This document shows, in pieces, positions 25,842 through 38,814 of a stretch of 64,000 nt of DNA. The translations under genes were made by a program, and so were the position numbers. The stretch covers positions 11,036,001 through 11,100,000 of the forward strand of contig NC_047079.1 in assembly GCF_902459465.1 (NCBI RefSeq), read 5' to 3'. Numbering within the stretch: the stretch's first letter is position 1; each line of letters opens with the position of its first letter. The DNA is from Asterias rubens (lineage: Eukaryota). The notes beneath the pieces are model-generated. The model saw nothing but the letters and a program-made list of their open reading frames with translations. It did not search any database and was not told the origin of the DNA.

Positions 25842-26099
25842 TTAAAATCGCAAAAGAAGTCTGTGTTTTACAGTTTGGGTGAATGATAACTACTTTGATG
25901 ATATGTTAGCAGCACTCGCTGGATTAAAGTGGTTTTATATTAAGAGTGGTGCAAAAGAAATATACAAACTATAAAACCTAAATATTGAATAAAAAACCAT
26001 TGCACATCGTCAACCATCTTACCACCGTATTTCAAACAGGCTTCATGTTTCAATTATCATTTTACCATAACAAATTATTAGATATTACATATTTTGTTC

Positions 26100-26285
26100 T
26101 GATGTAGTGATGATACAGCTTTCTCCAGAAGACGATCAGAGCATACTGATCGAAACGTCGAGTTGAAACCAACGGTTCTTTTCAGAACCACCCCAACTCA
26201 TTAGAGATAGTCATTACATGGTGTTACCGCAAACCTTTCTATATCGTATTTCCACCATGCAAAGTTTCAAATCCTACTTATTTGT
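26100..26285 (+). mobile_element. Penelope-like terminal repeat with mutated hammerhead (26123-26162)
   Basis: CTC CAGAAGA C GATCAG AGCATA CTGATC GAAA CGTC GAG (core U4 changed to A). The downstream sequence recurs inverted at 43085-43212. Confidence 0.65.
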
Positions 26286-26527
26286 GATGATACATGTTGG
26301 AGAACTAGCTTGTTATATCAAGATCAACGTGGAATTCAACAACAACATAGTTGTTAGATTTTGTTTTTTCTTTCTTAGCCCTATTTTTGTTGTCGTTGTT
26401 GATGGTTTAGATTATGACAAACAAAATGTCGTTATTAGAACAGCACAACATGAACGCCCGTGAAAACATGTTTTTTTTTTTTTTTAAAGGATAAGCAATT
26501 GTTCGCTCGGCCCCAGCTAGCAGCCTG

Positions 26528-26769
26528 GGCCCAATTTCATAGAGCTGCTTAAGCACAAAGTTTTGCTTAAGCAAAAAATGCATTGCTTAGTAAAATCAGA
26601 TTACCGGCCAAGACTCCACTCAACTGTTATGCTAAGTAAACAACAGCTAAATACTAGTCATAAGCAATGTATATGGCATGACATTTTGGCCAGTAACATG
26701 TGTAAAATAAGCGAGCTATTTTCGTGCTTAAGCAAATTGTTTGCTTAAGCAGCTCTATGAAATTGGCCC
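26528..26769. mobile_element. Harbinger-type MITE with CWG target (about 240 bp)
   Basis: TIRs GGCCCAATTTCATAGAGCTGCTTAAGCA. Other copies at 23172-23394, 35479-35725, 54718-54908 and 62320-62494, plus fragments. Confidence 0.8.
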
Positions 26770-27139
26770 CGGGTCTATCCAGGACCGCTGGGATGGGCTA
26801 ATCAGCTTGCACAGATTCTTGATCAGGAAGTACGTCACGCGTGCAGTGTATTTCTATGGTGCAATGTGAGTGTGATGCATGATGGGATTGAGCATTTTCT
26901 AGATAGACCAATGAGCGTGGTTACTACGTTTGCCCATCCCAGCGCCTTTGGTTAAGGCAATGCGCTGGGGACGAGCGAAGGGCAATAGACCCTTCCCATG
27001 AAATATGTAAATTGCACATAGCGCGTGCGCACTAACGTTTTGGAAGTAATGTGCATCTTTTTAGTGCTAATTCAATATTAAAGTTTAAGTTACAACTGTA
27101 TTCCTTGGGAATGATTATCAAGAAATCATAAAATCCCGA

Positions 27140-28426
27140 TTACCTCCATCGCATTCTACGTAAAACCTTCACACAATCCTCCCTGAATCTGTTATTAACA
27201 AAGCTATAAATAGCGGGGTTGACTGCGGGCGTGGTGTAGTACAAATGCTGCAAGAGGATCAAAAACGCAAAACTGACTTCATTATTTCGTTCCAAATATG
27301 TCCACTCTGCATGCAAGAGGTATGATATAATCCACATTATCCAACGTGCCGACCATGTCACTACAAAGACGACGGTAGCCAGAAGGAGCATCTTGCCTGT
27401 CTTGTTCTTCTTAATCTTGGGTTGATCGACGGTTTCGTTCTGTCCGTTGTTCAGTTTGGTCTTAGGGTTGTCTGTGTCCTCGCTGGATGACCCCAAAGCG
27501 GTTAAAGTCAAGTGTTTGTTGACCAGGGAGGAGCTCTTATCGCGGGATGTTGTCGCAGCTACGAACCGATCCCGTAGACTCATGCGCTTTGCCACGGGCG
27601 ATCCGGCGCGCTGACCCCGGGTCTGATGAGCCTGGCAAAGTTTACTTGCAATCCCTTCAACTCCTCCAATGCTGTGTCGGCGAGTATTCCTACTCTGTCG
27701 TGGTTTGATTGATATACCTATAATGGATTCCATATTATCAGCCACTTCGAGCAGACTTGACATTGGCGGAGGTCGTTCTTGTTCAGTGATGTTCTCTACT
27801 TGGGCAACTTTCACCAAAGCAGGCTTGACTTTCAGTCGCTTTCGGACTTCTCTATAGATGAGCAAGTACATGATTAACGATAGCGTCATCATACCAGCGA
27901 AGGCAATAACGATTAGAAACAAGGCTATGAATACCCACTCTTTAACGTCATTAATAGTCTTGCATTGAGTCGTTACCTCTCCATTTACAGTTTCAGTAAT
28001 AACATCGTAGATTAGAAAAGCGGGTAAAGTGAGGAAAGCAGAGGCAATTATACCAGCTAAGCTCAAGTTTTGCGCGCGTGCGTGCGTCATCCATCCTAGA
28101 TGCGGCCGGCATATGGCTAGGTAGCGATCCACGGCTACTGCTGTGGTCACGAACGCGGAGGATAACTCGCTAGCCAAGCCAGTCCATGTGAACAGTCGGC
28201 AGACGAAGACGTCTGAGAAACTAGTCTCCTCAATCCAGAAATAAAATCGATAAGATGAAAGGGCACAGATGAAGAAGTCCACTCCAGCTAGGGCTAAGAT
28301 AAACACACGGGTCCCATTTCGCTTTGTTTTGGAGTAGTAGACTACAATAACCAGAATGTTACCTGGTATTCCGATGATAGCGACAATGCAAAGCAATCCA
28401 ACTAGAAACCACGTGTATAAAGCCAT
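27140..28426 (-). CDS. Intronless rhodopsin-like (class A) GPCR, orphan, 428 aa
   Basis: GN in TM1, LAxxD in TM2, C3.25 and DRY in TM3, ECL2 Cys, long ICL3, NPAIY in TM7, and a very short N-terminus. Confidence 0.92.
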   Translation of the reverse strand: MALYTWFLVGLLCIVAIIGIPGNILVIVVYYSKTKRNGTRVFILALAGVDFFICALSSYRFYFWIEETSFSDVFVCRLFTWTGLASELSSAFVTTAVAVDRYLAICRPHLGWMTHARAQNLSLAGIIASAFLTLPAFLIYDVITETVNGEVTTQCKTINDVKEWVFIALFLIVIAFAGMMTLSLIMYLLIYREVRKRLKVKPALVKVAQVENITEQERPPPMSSLLEVADNMESIIGISIKPRQSRNTRRHSIGGVEGIASKLCQAHQTRGQRAGSPVAKRMSLRDRFVAATTSRDKSSSLVNKHLTLTALGSSSEDTDNPKTKLNNGQNETVDQPKIKKNKTGKMLLLATVVFVVTWSARWIMWIISYLLHAEWTYLERNNEVSFAFLILLQHLYYTTPAVNPAIYSFVNNRFREDCVKVLRRMRWR

Positions 28427-30819
28427 TGTTTGAAATAGTCCCCATCAACCGTTGCTGTATCAAAATGCGTACGGCACGATTTTGTACATTGATTATCAGT
28501 TGCTGTTTCTAAAACAAGTGTTTGCAGTTTCTCTGAGCACAACTCTACTCTAATGAACTAAGCATAGAATTGTTCCCGGATTTAAGAATCATTTCGAAGT
28601 AAAGTAAAGAATAAACGGCTGATTCATGCCCAAATTCGGCAGTCCAAACATTTACCTCTGCAATGCGTCAATTCTTCATTGAACAGAAATTCATTGAACA
28701 AACTTTGAAATAGTCACAGGGTGCTAATCTCCATTGTCTTTGCAAGATGACAGGCACTATCCGACTATTTCATGCCCAATATCGGCACCATTTAATTACC
28801 AAACCAGTTTTTGTGACACAATATGCACTCGTCAAAACCGTTGAAGTCGGCTGGAATAGTTTTCCATTCTATAAAGAGTATGACATAGTTATAGCAATAC
28901 CGTTACCGTTTGTTTTAATAGTTTAAAACTTAATTGTTACGAAGCCCTACCTTTAAAGAAATGTCCCTTATTGTATAACAAAACGAGCCAAGTTATCCTG
29001 GACAACAACTCCGTAACAGATATCCACCGAGAAAACGGAAGTGCTCTCGCCGTTGCTTCACAACCAACGCACGGCCAAGGTTTCAGCTCGAGTCCCCTTA
29101 TGGTCGTCCCGTCAACCCGTTAATTAATAGATTACCAGCGTCCACAATAGCCAGTAATTACAAGCCATCTTGCTAATAGTTTACCGATTCGGTGCACCGT
29201 GCAACGACCGGAAAGTTTAACCTGTTGCACCGGTGCTCTTGAACCTTATCACGGTACACCAAGTCCAAAGAAACACGGTCGTTTTGTTTACTGTCGTTAG
29301 TTCTTCATAAATCGGATGTGAGCTCTTGTTAACCGAGGTGTACAACTCTAAAGAACCGTTCCGCACACTTCGTCGACACCTAAACGCAAAGCAAATTGGG
29401 AGGACGCGTTACCATAGCAACGAGGGGGTATTATCTTGTCCGCCGCTCACAATGATTACTGTACCGATGAATGTGTGATGCGCAGATGTAAAAAAAAAAA
29501 AAAAATTGGTTTCCATAGAAATAACCACGGGGTATAATTACCTTGTGCTGACATCGATAGAATGGTAGACTTATGGACAAGTCGTTAATGGTCACACGCG
29601 GTGAGATAATCGAGTTGTTGCGGTGCTATGGCGAGATCACTGCTCTCGTGCGAACAGCTGGTTGACGACTTCTACTCCCCATTAACTGGGACCGTAGTCG
29701 TGACAGCAGTAGTAGAATACCGCGGGAATCGCGGGGAGACTCGGAACGCTATCACCGCCACAGACATTTAACGACTTGTCCACAAGTCTAATAGAATAGT
29801 GGCTTGTTTGGTTTTGATCGTGAAATAACTGGAAGGCCATCGTCTACAGTATTCGATGAAACATTGGTAGCTAGCCGCCAGCCCCCCCCCCCCCCCCCAA
29901 GGACGGGTGTGTCTTTGTAGTTGAGCGTGCGGGAACAAACGGACGGCAATTTCACATTGTGAAACGCAACAATGGAACCGTAAAACGGGCCCATAAACTA
30001 ACATCGGAGGTTGTTCAAATTAAGCTAATTGTTCAATTTCATCATACCTGCCCTAGTTGAAACCGAGGGGTTTGTTTCTTCTATATTTTCGGTTATTTTG
30101 TTTTCTCAATTCAGAATGATGTGGCATATTCTCAGTTTCAGCCAATCTACTTAATCCACCCCCATGATTAGCTAATTACATGGTTTCTAAAGGGCCCTTT
30201 CGTAACCGTCACTTGGGTTTGGGTTTTGTGTTGCGCTCCGTCCACCTGACTGAAGTTCCATAAGACAAGCGCATGTTTTCTAAATAGCTGATGGAGCCCA
30301 TAAGCACACACTCTAAACACTACAGGGTCAAACTTGACCCGGTTCAGGGTCCCGTGAGGCTTTACCCTTTTCCAGGGTCACTGGAACCTCTGTCAAAATG
30401 ACCCAATGGTACCCGAGTTAAAAATCAATTGGTAATCCATGTTTCAGGTCAGCCCGACCTGAAATGGACCAAACCCGCCCCATATAGACGCATAATTCGG
30501 GTCAATTCTGTGCAGACAAGCAGGAGCGAATCAAGAGCCTTTTTTTCTAAATTACTCGCTGAGGTCTTTATTAATGAGTCTGTGAACAAAGCGAGGCCGT
30601 GTATCCGCTCGTCCATACGGTTTACAATAGAGAAGTGGGATACCAGACCTAATTACATAATAGTGACTCCTGAACGGGTTAATTTAAAGCCCAATAACTG
30701 CCTTATATGAAATTCCAACACGTATCGTGGATCAAACGCTTACTATTTCTAACACAATGGGTTTCTGAAGGAGTTGTTTCTAGGCAACCATACAAATTGC
30801 GGCCCTGCATCACTTTAAA

Positions 30820-31112
30820 AGGCACTGGACACTATTGGTAATTACCCAAAATAATTGTTAGCATAAAAACGTACTTGTTACAATCAATGGACGGCTATCG
30901 ATAACAACACTGTGAGAAACGGCTCCCCTTGAAGTAACTTAGATTTTGAGAAGAAGTAATTTGTAACTTAAATGTTTGAATTGAATATAATATCTCACAA
31001 CTTCAACGACCAATCGAGATCAAATTTTCACAGGTTTGATATTTTATGCATATGTTGAGATACACCAAGTGAGAAGTCTGGTCTTTGACAATTACCAATA
31101 GTTCCAGTGTCT
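30820..31112. mobile_element. Kolobok-type MITE, internally deleted
   Basis: Family 1 TIRs. Confidence 0.7.
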
Positions 31113-31520
31113 TTAAATAATGTGGTCTGACAAAATTTTCACAGATCCAATGCCCCTTGTTTGGTATTTTTCCTTACACCTTAGCAAGAGATTAATGGTT
31201 GCTATTGGATACCAGTAACCCTGGAAAGTCATTTTACACTGCAGTACGGAGTTGTACTAACGCGACATTATGAAAGCTGAAAATTGCCACTAATGGTCAT
31301 TATTTATTCATTCTCTTTTTGTTTATGGGAGTTAGCCGGTCTAATGAACACCGTGAACAGGATTTAGTAGTAAAACAATACAGATTATTAAAGCTTATTA
31401 TGAAGCCGCTTCGGTTACGTCATGGTGACGTAGTACTTGTTATAATCTGTGGTCCAACCAAACCGAGGCTTGTACGAAACAATGTCTTCATTCACAAAAA
31501 TGGAATCTAGATATTACGCT

Positions 31521-32030
31521 TACCGGTGTCTGATGCAATTGAGTCCGCCATGCAATACTGTCCGCTCCGGACACTTTTGCATATACAATCGTGTCCGGGG
31601 CTATGCAAAAACCGTCCGGCGGACATGTACATGACTGTACATGTATGCGCGCGCGTAAGCGAGCGAGCATGCACTGAACCTACATACATGTATAATATGC
31701 AGCATGAATATTCACGTATTTTATGATTGCAGCGAATACCCAACGGCCGAACATTTCCCATGTCATTCATGACATACACTTAGCTTGTAAAAAAAATGGC
31801 GAACGTGTTCCGTCGACCAAGGGCGTTTAATTTCAAGGACGGTGTTGCACGGGGGGACACAACTGCATATGCAAATGTGTCCGGGCGGACACAATTGCAT
31901 TATGCAGCAGCGTCCGGGCGGACACGATTGCATATACACAATCGTCCGGCGGACATTATTGCATATGCATATGCAATAATGTCCTCCGGATAGTATTGCA
32001 TAGAGGACATAATTGCATGTGACACCGGTA
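31521..32030. mobile_element. TIR element with internal GTCCGGGCGGACAC/ATTGCAT subterminal repeats
   Basis: TACCGGTGTC...GACACCGGTA termini, with about 31-bp repeats in opposite orientation in the two halves. Confidence 0.7.
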
Positions 32031-34457
32031 CACACTAAGAGAGAAGCCGCGGGATGACGTATATGCTTCCAGCAGTGGCTAAAAGCCGGGATACCCAAAA
32101 GTCACATTCATTGCCAAGGCATGTTATGTTTCGTTTTTGAAAGGGCAAGGGCACCAAGGCATTTTCTCTTAGGAAAAAGACACCCTATGAGGAAACTGTA
32201 AATTTCTACTGGAGTATTTCAAGGGCGCCAAGGCAATAACCAGGGTCATGAGGCAATCGCATGCGTTGCCTCCGAGTGCTATCAGCTGATTGCCGCTGCA
32301 GCCAATGACCGAAGACAAAGTAGATTGGTCCCTTGTCTTCGCACTGGTGCTGATTGCAAATAAAAGACCGATCTTAGCTGTGTATTATTCTTAATGACTA
32401 AGTACAGTGTATATGATTTGAGGCATTGTATGGTGAGGTATCAATATATATTGGGTTTGCGGTAACACCATGTGTGTATCTACTTGCCAGGTAGAGTTTG
32501 TTCTTAGAGAACTGTCTTTCTTTATTCTACTACCGCGGAGTAGATTTATCGGATAAGTACAGTGTGATGTCACAATATAAATCACTATGGTGATACTGAT
32601 ATTTTAAAGTATCTTTAAGTGCTTTGTGAAGTCCAGCCCGCTCTTGCAAATACAATAGTTTCATTTGACATAAATCATAAACCTGCAATGACGCACAAAC
32701 TGTGTTATGTTATAATACCATTTTGTTTTTATGCCACAGACAAAAGTTTTGCAAACCCTGGTAGCGAAAGTACGGGTGACCCTCACTGCCAAAAAGTACA
32801 GCAGTTTCTTATCAAATTAAAACTCATATTACTAATTAGTACCTTTAAAACAAGGTAAACGTTTACTTTATAACAATTTGTTTAATGTTTTGCTGAAAAG
32901 GCATTTTTTGCATTTAACATATTCATTAGGTTAGGCATCTATACAAAGCGAGGGTTTATGTTCGTTAACAAAATGTCTATAAACCACTTTCATATGAAGT
33001 CACATCCCAAAAGAGCCCCCTAACTGAGGCAATGAAGAGCTATCATTGGCTAAGAGTTGTGCGCAGCGCGTAAAACTCAACATGGTTGGGATGGGACCCT
33101 AAGTTGGATTATTCATGCAGCGCGAGCTAGTCTTGGTGCAAGACGTTCTTGTTGAGTTGGTAAATTTTCTATGGTAAAACCATAGGCCGTATGGTTCGTG
33201 ATTTGAGTCAAGGTAAATAACAACGTCTTGCACCAAGACTATGCGTGAGCCTAAGCTCAAGCCTGTGTTACAGAAACGTTTCCGACGTGCGCGCATAGTA
33301 CTTTCATTAGTTTAATGGACTAATAAATTCACTGGGTAATAAAGCAAGACGACATGAATTAATCAATATTAAGGTAGTAATGGCTCATTTCAGACTAGTA
33401 CGATTACCATTAGGCAGAATAATTATAAAGGGGCTGCAGAATTTGAGACATCAGTGTAAGAATAAAACGCACGTAAATAATGACATTGAACCTGTTGCAC
33501 CGGTGTTCTTGTATATTTTGTTCAGCGTACTCTTGAGCCCCTTTCACACGAGAGTAATTTAGCAAGGGTCCCTTGCTAAATTGTAGCATTGTTGTAAAAT
33601 TGTACCGCAATGTGAAAGAACAAACAATTTGTTTACAGTCCAAGTTCCATTGTAAAATATTGTCGAACATTGCAACATTTTACAACCATGCTTAAATTAA
33701 GCAAGGGACCCAAGTTAAAGTGCTGTCGTTTTGGAATAGGGCTTTTGAATTAATAAAAGGCACCAGAATAGTTATGTAACAAGAAGGGTTTTCATATCAG
33801 CAAAACTGGTAACTACAAATATTTTGAAACTGTTATTTTGAAGGCAGGTTATACATTTGGTTATTAAAATGTATAAGTCGGTAGAGAGCACTGGAGAGCT
33901 GTTGACAGTATAAAACATTGACAGAAACGGCACCGTTTATATTGATGTGCACAGTTTTAGACGAATAGGTAATTTTTCACCAAACAGCCCTTTTTCTTGT
34001 ATATTTTCTTAGAACTTCGATGACCAAATTGAGCCCTAATTTGCACGATTTTGTTATTAATGCATGTTCGGGAGTACAACAAGTGGAGATACTGGTCTTC
34101 GACAATATTATTACCAAATGTATAGACCATGTGAACTTTGTTTTACAAGAAGTGTGACCCTTTACATTCTTTGGGTATTCTGGCAGGCAAGATACTACAC
34201 TGGTCCTATGGGAAAGTTGAAATTTTGTGTCATAATTTCCACATAAAACCAAGAGTTATGAAAGTAAAAGCTGGTCAAGTTTTGAGATGTGACCCCTTTC
34301 ATCATATCAAAAGTTGATAAGAATTAGACAGTGCAATCTCCATAAAATAATTTTTTTTATGTTTTCTACCGTTAGGCTGTGTACAAATCGTGCCTGTAGG
34401 AAGTCTAGGCTTGGTGGCTGTTTTGTAAACATGTGATGTCACAGGTCACATCGTCTA

Positions 34458-34611
34458 TGGGTGCGTTCGTTTAGCTTCCCTGGGTCGACCCCGTCGTGTG
34501 GCGTGTTTTTCTTTCCAGGACGAACGTGTGCAGATAATTACCCACGTTCGTCCTGGGAAAAAAACCGCCACACACCGGGGTAGACCCAGGGCAGCTAAAC
34601 GAACACACCCA
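34458..34611. mobile_element. Palindromic MITE (154 bp)
   Basis: Imperfect TIRs of about 35 bp (TGGGTGCGTTCGTTTAGCTTCCCTGGGTC) and an inner CCAGGACGAACGTG/CACGTTCGTCCTGG inverted repeat. Confidence 0.75.
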
Positions 34612-35399
34612 ATACCTTGATTTAGTATTATAGGCTTTGTGATTGGAAATGATATTCACAAAATTGATTCAGATTCATAATTTTCAATATTTTATTTATT
34701 AACTTAGCTCTTCAAAGTAATCACTGTACACTTGGAAACAAAATAAACATCTACAATAAAATAAGACTGTTTTGAAAGGAGTTAAAGGCATCGGACCTTA
34801 TTCTTTCCAGGTAAAAATAGGATTACCAGCCAAATTTCCATTTGTTGCATATACATGTAGTGCTTGTTACTGGTATTCAGCTGTTCCTTGCTTATCCTGA
34901 AAATCATATGGAAATTTGGTTGGTAAACCTTTATCGAGGAAGAAATTTCATGCTAAGCAAATTTTTGTGCTTAGCAGCTCTATGAAATTGGACCCCGTTG
35001 ATAGTATAAAACATTGTGAGCAGCGGCTCCCTCTGAAGTAACGTAGTATTTGAGAAAGAAGTAATTTCTTACTAAAATATTTGAATTGAATTCGAGACCT
35101 CAACTTAGGTCTCGAATTCAAGGCATCTGAAAGCACACAACTTATGCGACAAGGGTGTTTTTTCTTTCATTGTTATCTCGCAACTTCGACGACCGATTGA
35201 GCTCAGATTTTCACGTTTGTTATTTTATGCATATATATTGAGATACACCAAATAAGGAGAGTGGTCTTTGACAATTATCAAGTGTGTCCAGTGAATTTAA
35301 GCCTGACCAGTAGCTTCTCAACAAACCCAGGGAAAAAAACTCTCTAGAATTGCTATAACGTAAGGTTTGATGATTTTAAAACTCACGAAAATAAATCTA

Positions 35400-35445
35400 T
35401 AAATACTGAAGATGATCAAAAGAACGGATCGAAACGTCGAGTTTT
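35400..35445 (+). ncRNA. Hammerhead core of the same Penelope-like family, stem I degenerate
   Basis: CTGAAGA T GATC AAAAGAACG GATC GAAA CGTC GAG at 35406-35441. Stem I does not pair. Confidence 0.5.
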
Positions 35446-38438
35446 ACACCAACCAATTCACTGTTGTTCTCACACCAGGGCCCAATTTCATAGAGCTGCT
35501 TAAGCACTAAATTGTGCTTAAGCAAAACAATCCTTGCTTAGTAAAATCAGATTACCGGCCAAGACTCCACTCAATTGTTATGCTAAAAGTGAAACAACAG
35601 CTAAATACCAGTCACAAGCAATGTGTACGACATGAAATTTTTGCCAGTAACACTGTATAGAATAAGCAAGCTGTTTTCGTGCTTAAGCATTTTTATTTTC
35701 TTAAGCAGCTCTATGAAATTGGCCCCAGTTATTTTTAAATTGTACTTCCAAGCATGTTATTCAAAATGAGGACCTTTCAGACGGCAAGATTCTATACTTC
35801 AATTTTAAATTTCAAATTTTAAATTTTCGATGACAAGAGCTGAGAAACACTAAGTCAGAAAAAAACTCATATCAAAATACAACATATACCTGGTGATCAT
35901 AAAATAAATCGAGTTATTTTCGTACAAAAACTAAGTTTCGCATTAAGACAACCAGCCTCTTAATCTACACATATACTGTCTTCTAGTAAAAAAGATTGTT
36001 TACAGGTTTTATTCGAGTAAAGAACCGAAGTAATTTTTTCACCGAGTAGATTATTTTTATTCCATATAAATAGTGTACTTTTAAACCAGATACGTAACGT
36101 CGTTGTCTGACTAGAAATTGTACTTATGCACCGCATAGTTTCAGCACCACGGCTGCGAAAATGAACCATTAAAATAAAGTCAAAGAATAAAGACTACTAC
36201 AAGTCTATGTACTTTTTGGAGGACACAAAACACAATGTCCACAGATTTACATTCAAATTACACAGTTAATGCGAATGATGGTAGAAAGCTTTCCTTACAA
36301 TATTACTTACGTAGGTGATGTAGGCTTTTTTTTTTTTTTAAATGAGTAAAACAAGTCACGATAATGTTCATCTCAGTGAGACAAACATTATTTTTAGTGA
36401 CATTGTTTTACTCATTTCTCAAAAACTACAACACATACTATCATTATCTTCAAACTGTGTAAGTTCAATGTAAATCTGTGGACATTGTGTTCTATGTTAC
36501 AAAAAGTACCCAAATCCTTTAGATATTTAAAGCTTCGAATGGATATTCCACGTGCAAAATTACCTCAAATCCTTATTTTGTAGCCATTGCAAAATTATTA
36601 TGTACAGTGTATATGCTTTGGTCATAAAGATAAATAATTGTCTGAAGTTAACCAATAGCCAAAGTTAGTACGAATGTAAAATTTAATGGATTACATGATT
36701 TTTTATTGTTTGAATAAATACCTTGTCTGGGTTTTCCCGCTAATACCTTTAACATCTAACCTTATATCATACCAATTTGGTCATCACCTGTACCCAGTAA
36801 CAGTTATCAATGCTAATATTTAACACAACGGGAACCAGACTATTTCTCCTTCGTTTGGTATTATACCATTGAGTTGCATGGGAGAAAATCAAGATGGCCG
36901 CACATCCTCAGCCTATGTTATGTGTACAAAATCGGATATATAAGCATAAGTTATCTGGTTAACAACAATAAGTGGGGGACCAGTATAGATACTATACACA
37001 ATTCATTGTAGTTCCACTTGTGTCCAGATTCTGCTGAGGAAAAGTCTTAAGTCTTTAGTGAATGTGTGCGGTTTAGCAGTCCTGTGAAACATGGGCTTTG
37101 TCCAAACCTCGGCCCAGGCTTCGGCTTCCGGGTCCGTTTAAAGTTGAAAACACTGTGCAAAACTCACACTGCTCCAAAGTGGATGACAAAGCCCAAGCCA
37201 GAGCCAGAGATTAAAGCCAAGGTTTCGAAAAGGCCCTTGAATTAAGAATGTTAAACCTTTAATCTGAAGAACTATTAGTGGTTTTGAAATAGATACAAAA
37301 GGTAGGCCTACCCCAAAACACAATTGCACGTTTGCTACAGAGCTCCATTCTTCAATGCAACAGTTATAAACACACAGAAACATGTGTTGTCGCAGGAAAA
37401 GTCAACTAAATGCACAAAAACACACATATAGCAAAAATATGAATTTACGAAATAATAGAAAACAGTATAAAGTGCATAATTATCAGCAAGAACAGTTACA
37501 TCAAAAATATAGTTAACATTTTATGTATTTTATTAAGTAAAGGCAAGCCGCTACAAGCTACCTGGCTTATTTTGGGCCTTGCCCGCAATTTTTTTCTAGT
37601 TCTGTGATAATATGTGGATATTTGTTTTTGGAAAAAAGTGTGAATTTAATTGAATTGAACATAATAATCTACAAATTAACATTATAAGAAATGAAATTGT
37701 ACTTAATGTTCTATTGTTGTAAACGTGTGGCCTGTCATTGTGGCGTGTCATAGTCGAGCGGTAAGAGCACCGGATTCAAGCTCTGGTGTTTGATCAGCAG
37801 AGTGTGGGTTCGAATCCCGGTCGTGGCACTTGCTACGTAAAATTGGGGAGGTAGTGCTTTCTGCTCTACAGGCCAGGCTTCGGACCGATGATACCCAAGC
37901 CTACATTCGTATGGACTGTGAAAGGGGTAACCCTGTTTCAGCCCTAGGAGTAGGTGGAAACGGCCTCTGGAAAAAAAAAATTGTAGCCCACACCTTGAAG
38001 TGGCCTTCAGGCCTTGTGTGTCTGGCGACATGACAAAAAAAACTGCTCTTTAGGTAAAATATAAGATTTTTTTAATTTATGATGTTTGGTACCAACTTTC
38101 CCAGCTGTTTTTGATCACTTATTCATATAATTATTTACTTGTGAGAGAAAGTTTTCGAGAAAGAAAGAAAAAATAAAATAAACCTCTCTAATGTACAGAT
38201 TGAGATTTGCAAAAATAACAATAGTTCTCTTTTCTATCAATTGAATTGAAATAATATAACACAATATATAAATACAATTTCTAACTTTATTACATTCAAC
38301 AAAGACTTTATTTTGTACAGCTTTTACTAGAAAAGCCTCACAAAAATTAATACCAAATGACAAAACTGCAAAGAAATTTGTTTTGGGGGGTAACCCAACA
38401 TGGAAGCAAAACGTGCACAATGTATACAGCTTTTTTAA

Positions 38439-38814
38439 GACACTGGACACTATTGGTAGTTGTCAAAGACTAGCCTTCACAGTTGGTGTATCTCAACATA
38501 TGCATAAAATAACAAACCTGCGAAAATTTGAGCCAAATTGGTCATCGAACTTGCGAGACAACAATGATAGAAAAACACCCTTGTCACACGAAGTTGTGTG
38601 CGTTTAGATGGTTGATTTCGAGACTTCAAGTTCTAAATCTGAGGTCTCGAAATCAAATTTGTGGAAAATTACTTCTTTCTTGACATTTTTAACACTTCAG
38701 AGGGAGTCGTTTTTCACAATGTTTTATACCACCAACCTCTCCCCATTACTCGTCACCAAGAAAGCTTTTAGGCTAATAACTATTTTGAGTAATTACCAAT
38801 AGTGTCCACTGCCT
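38439..38814. mobile_element. Kolobok-type MITE family 1
   Basis: Family 1 TIRs and TTAA. Confidence 0.8.

Noticed and set aside
31500-32100. Spaced repeats and overlapping Cys-rich ORFs resembling an array or CRISPR
   Set aside because: The repeats are degenerate, invert in the middle and lie between TIRs, so they are subterminal repeats of a DNA transposon. There is no cas gene and the context is eukaryotic.
37263-37295. CTGAAGA...GAAA hammerhead-like string
   Set aside because: No credible stems I-III and no NUH triplet in position.
37737-37833. tRNA-Leu(CAA)-like sequence
   Set aside because: A and B boxes are present but the acceptor stem does not pair, and the same head recurs in SINE copies. 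It is a SINE head, not a tRNA gene.
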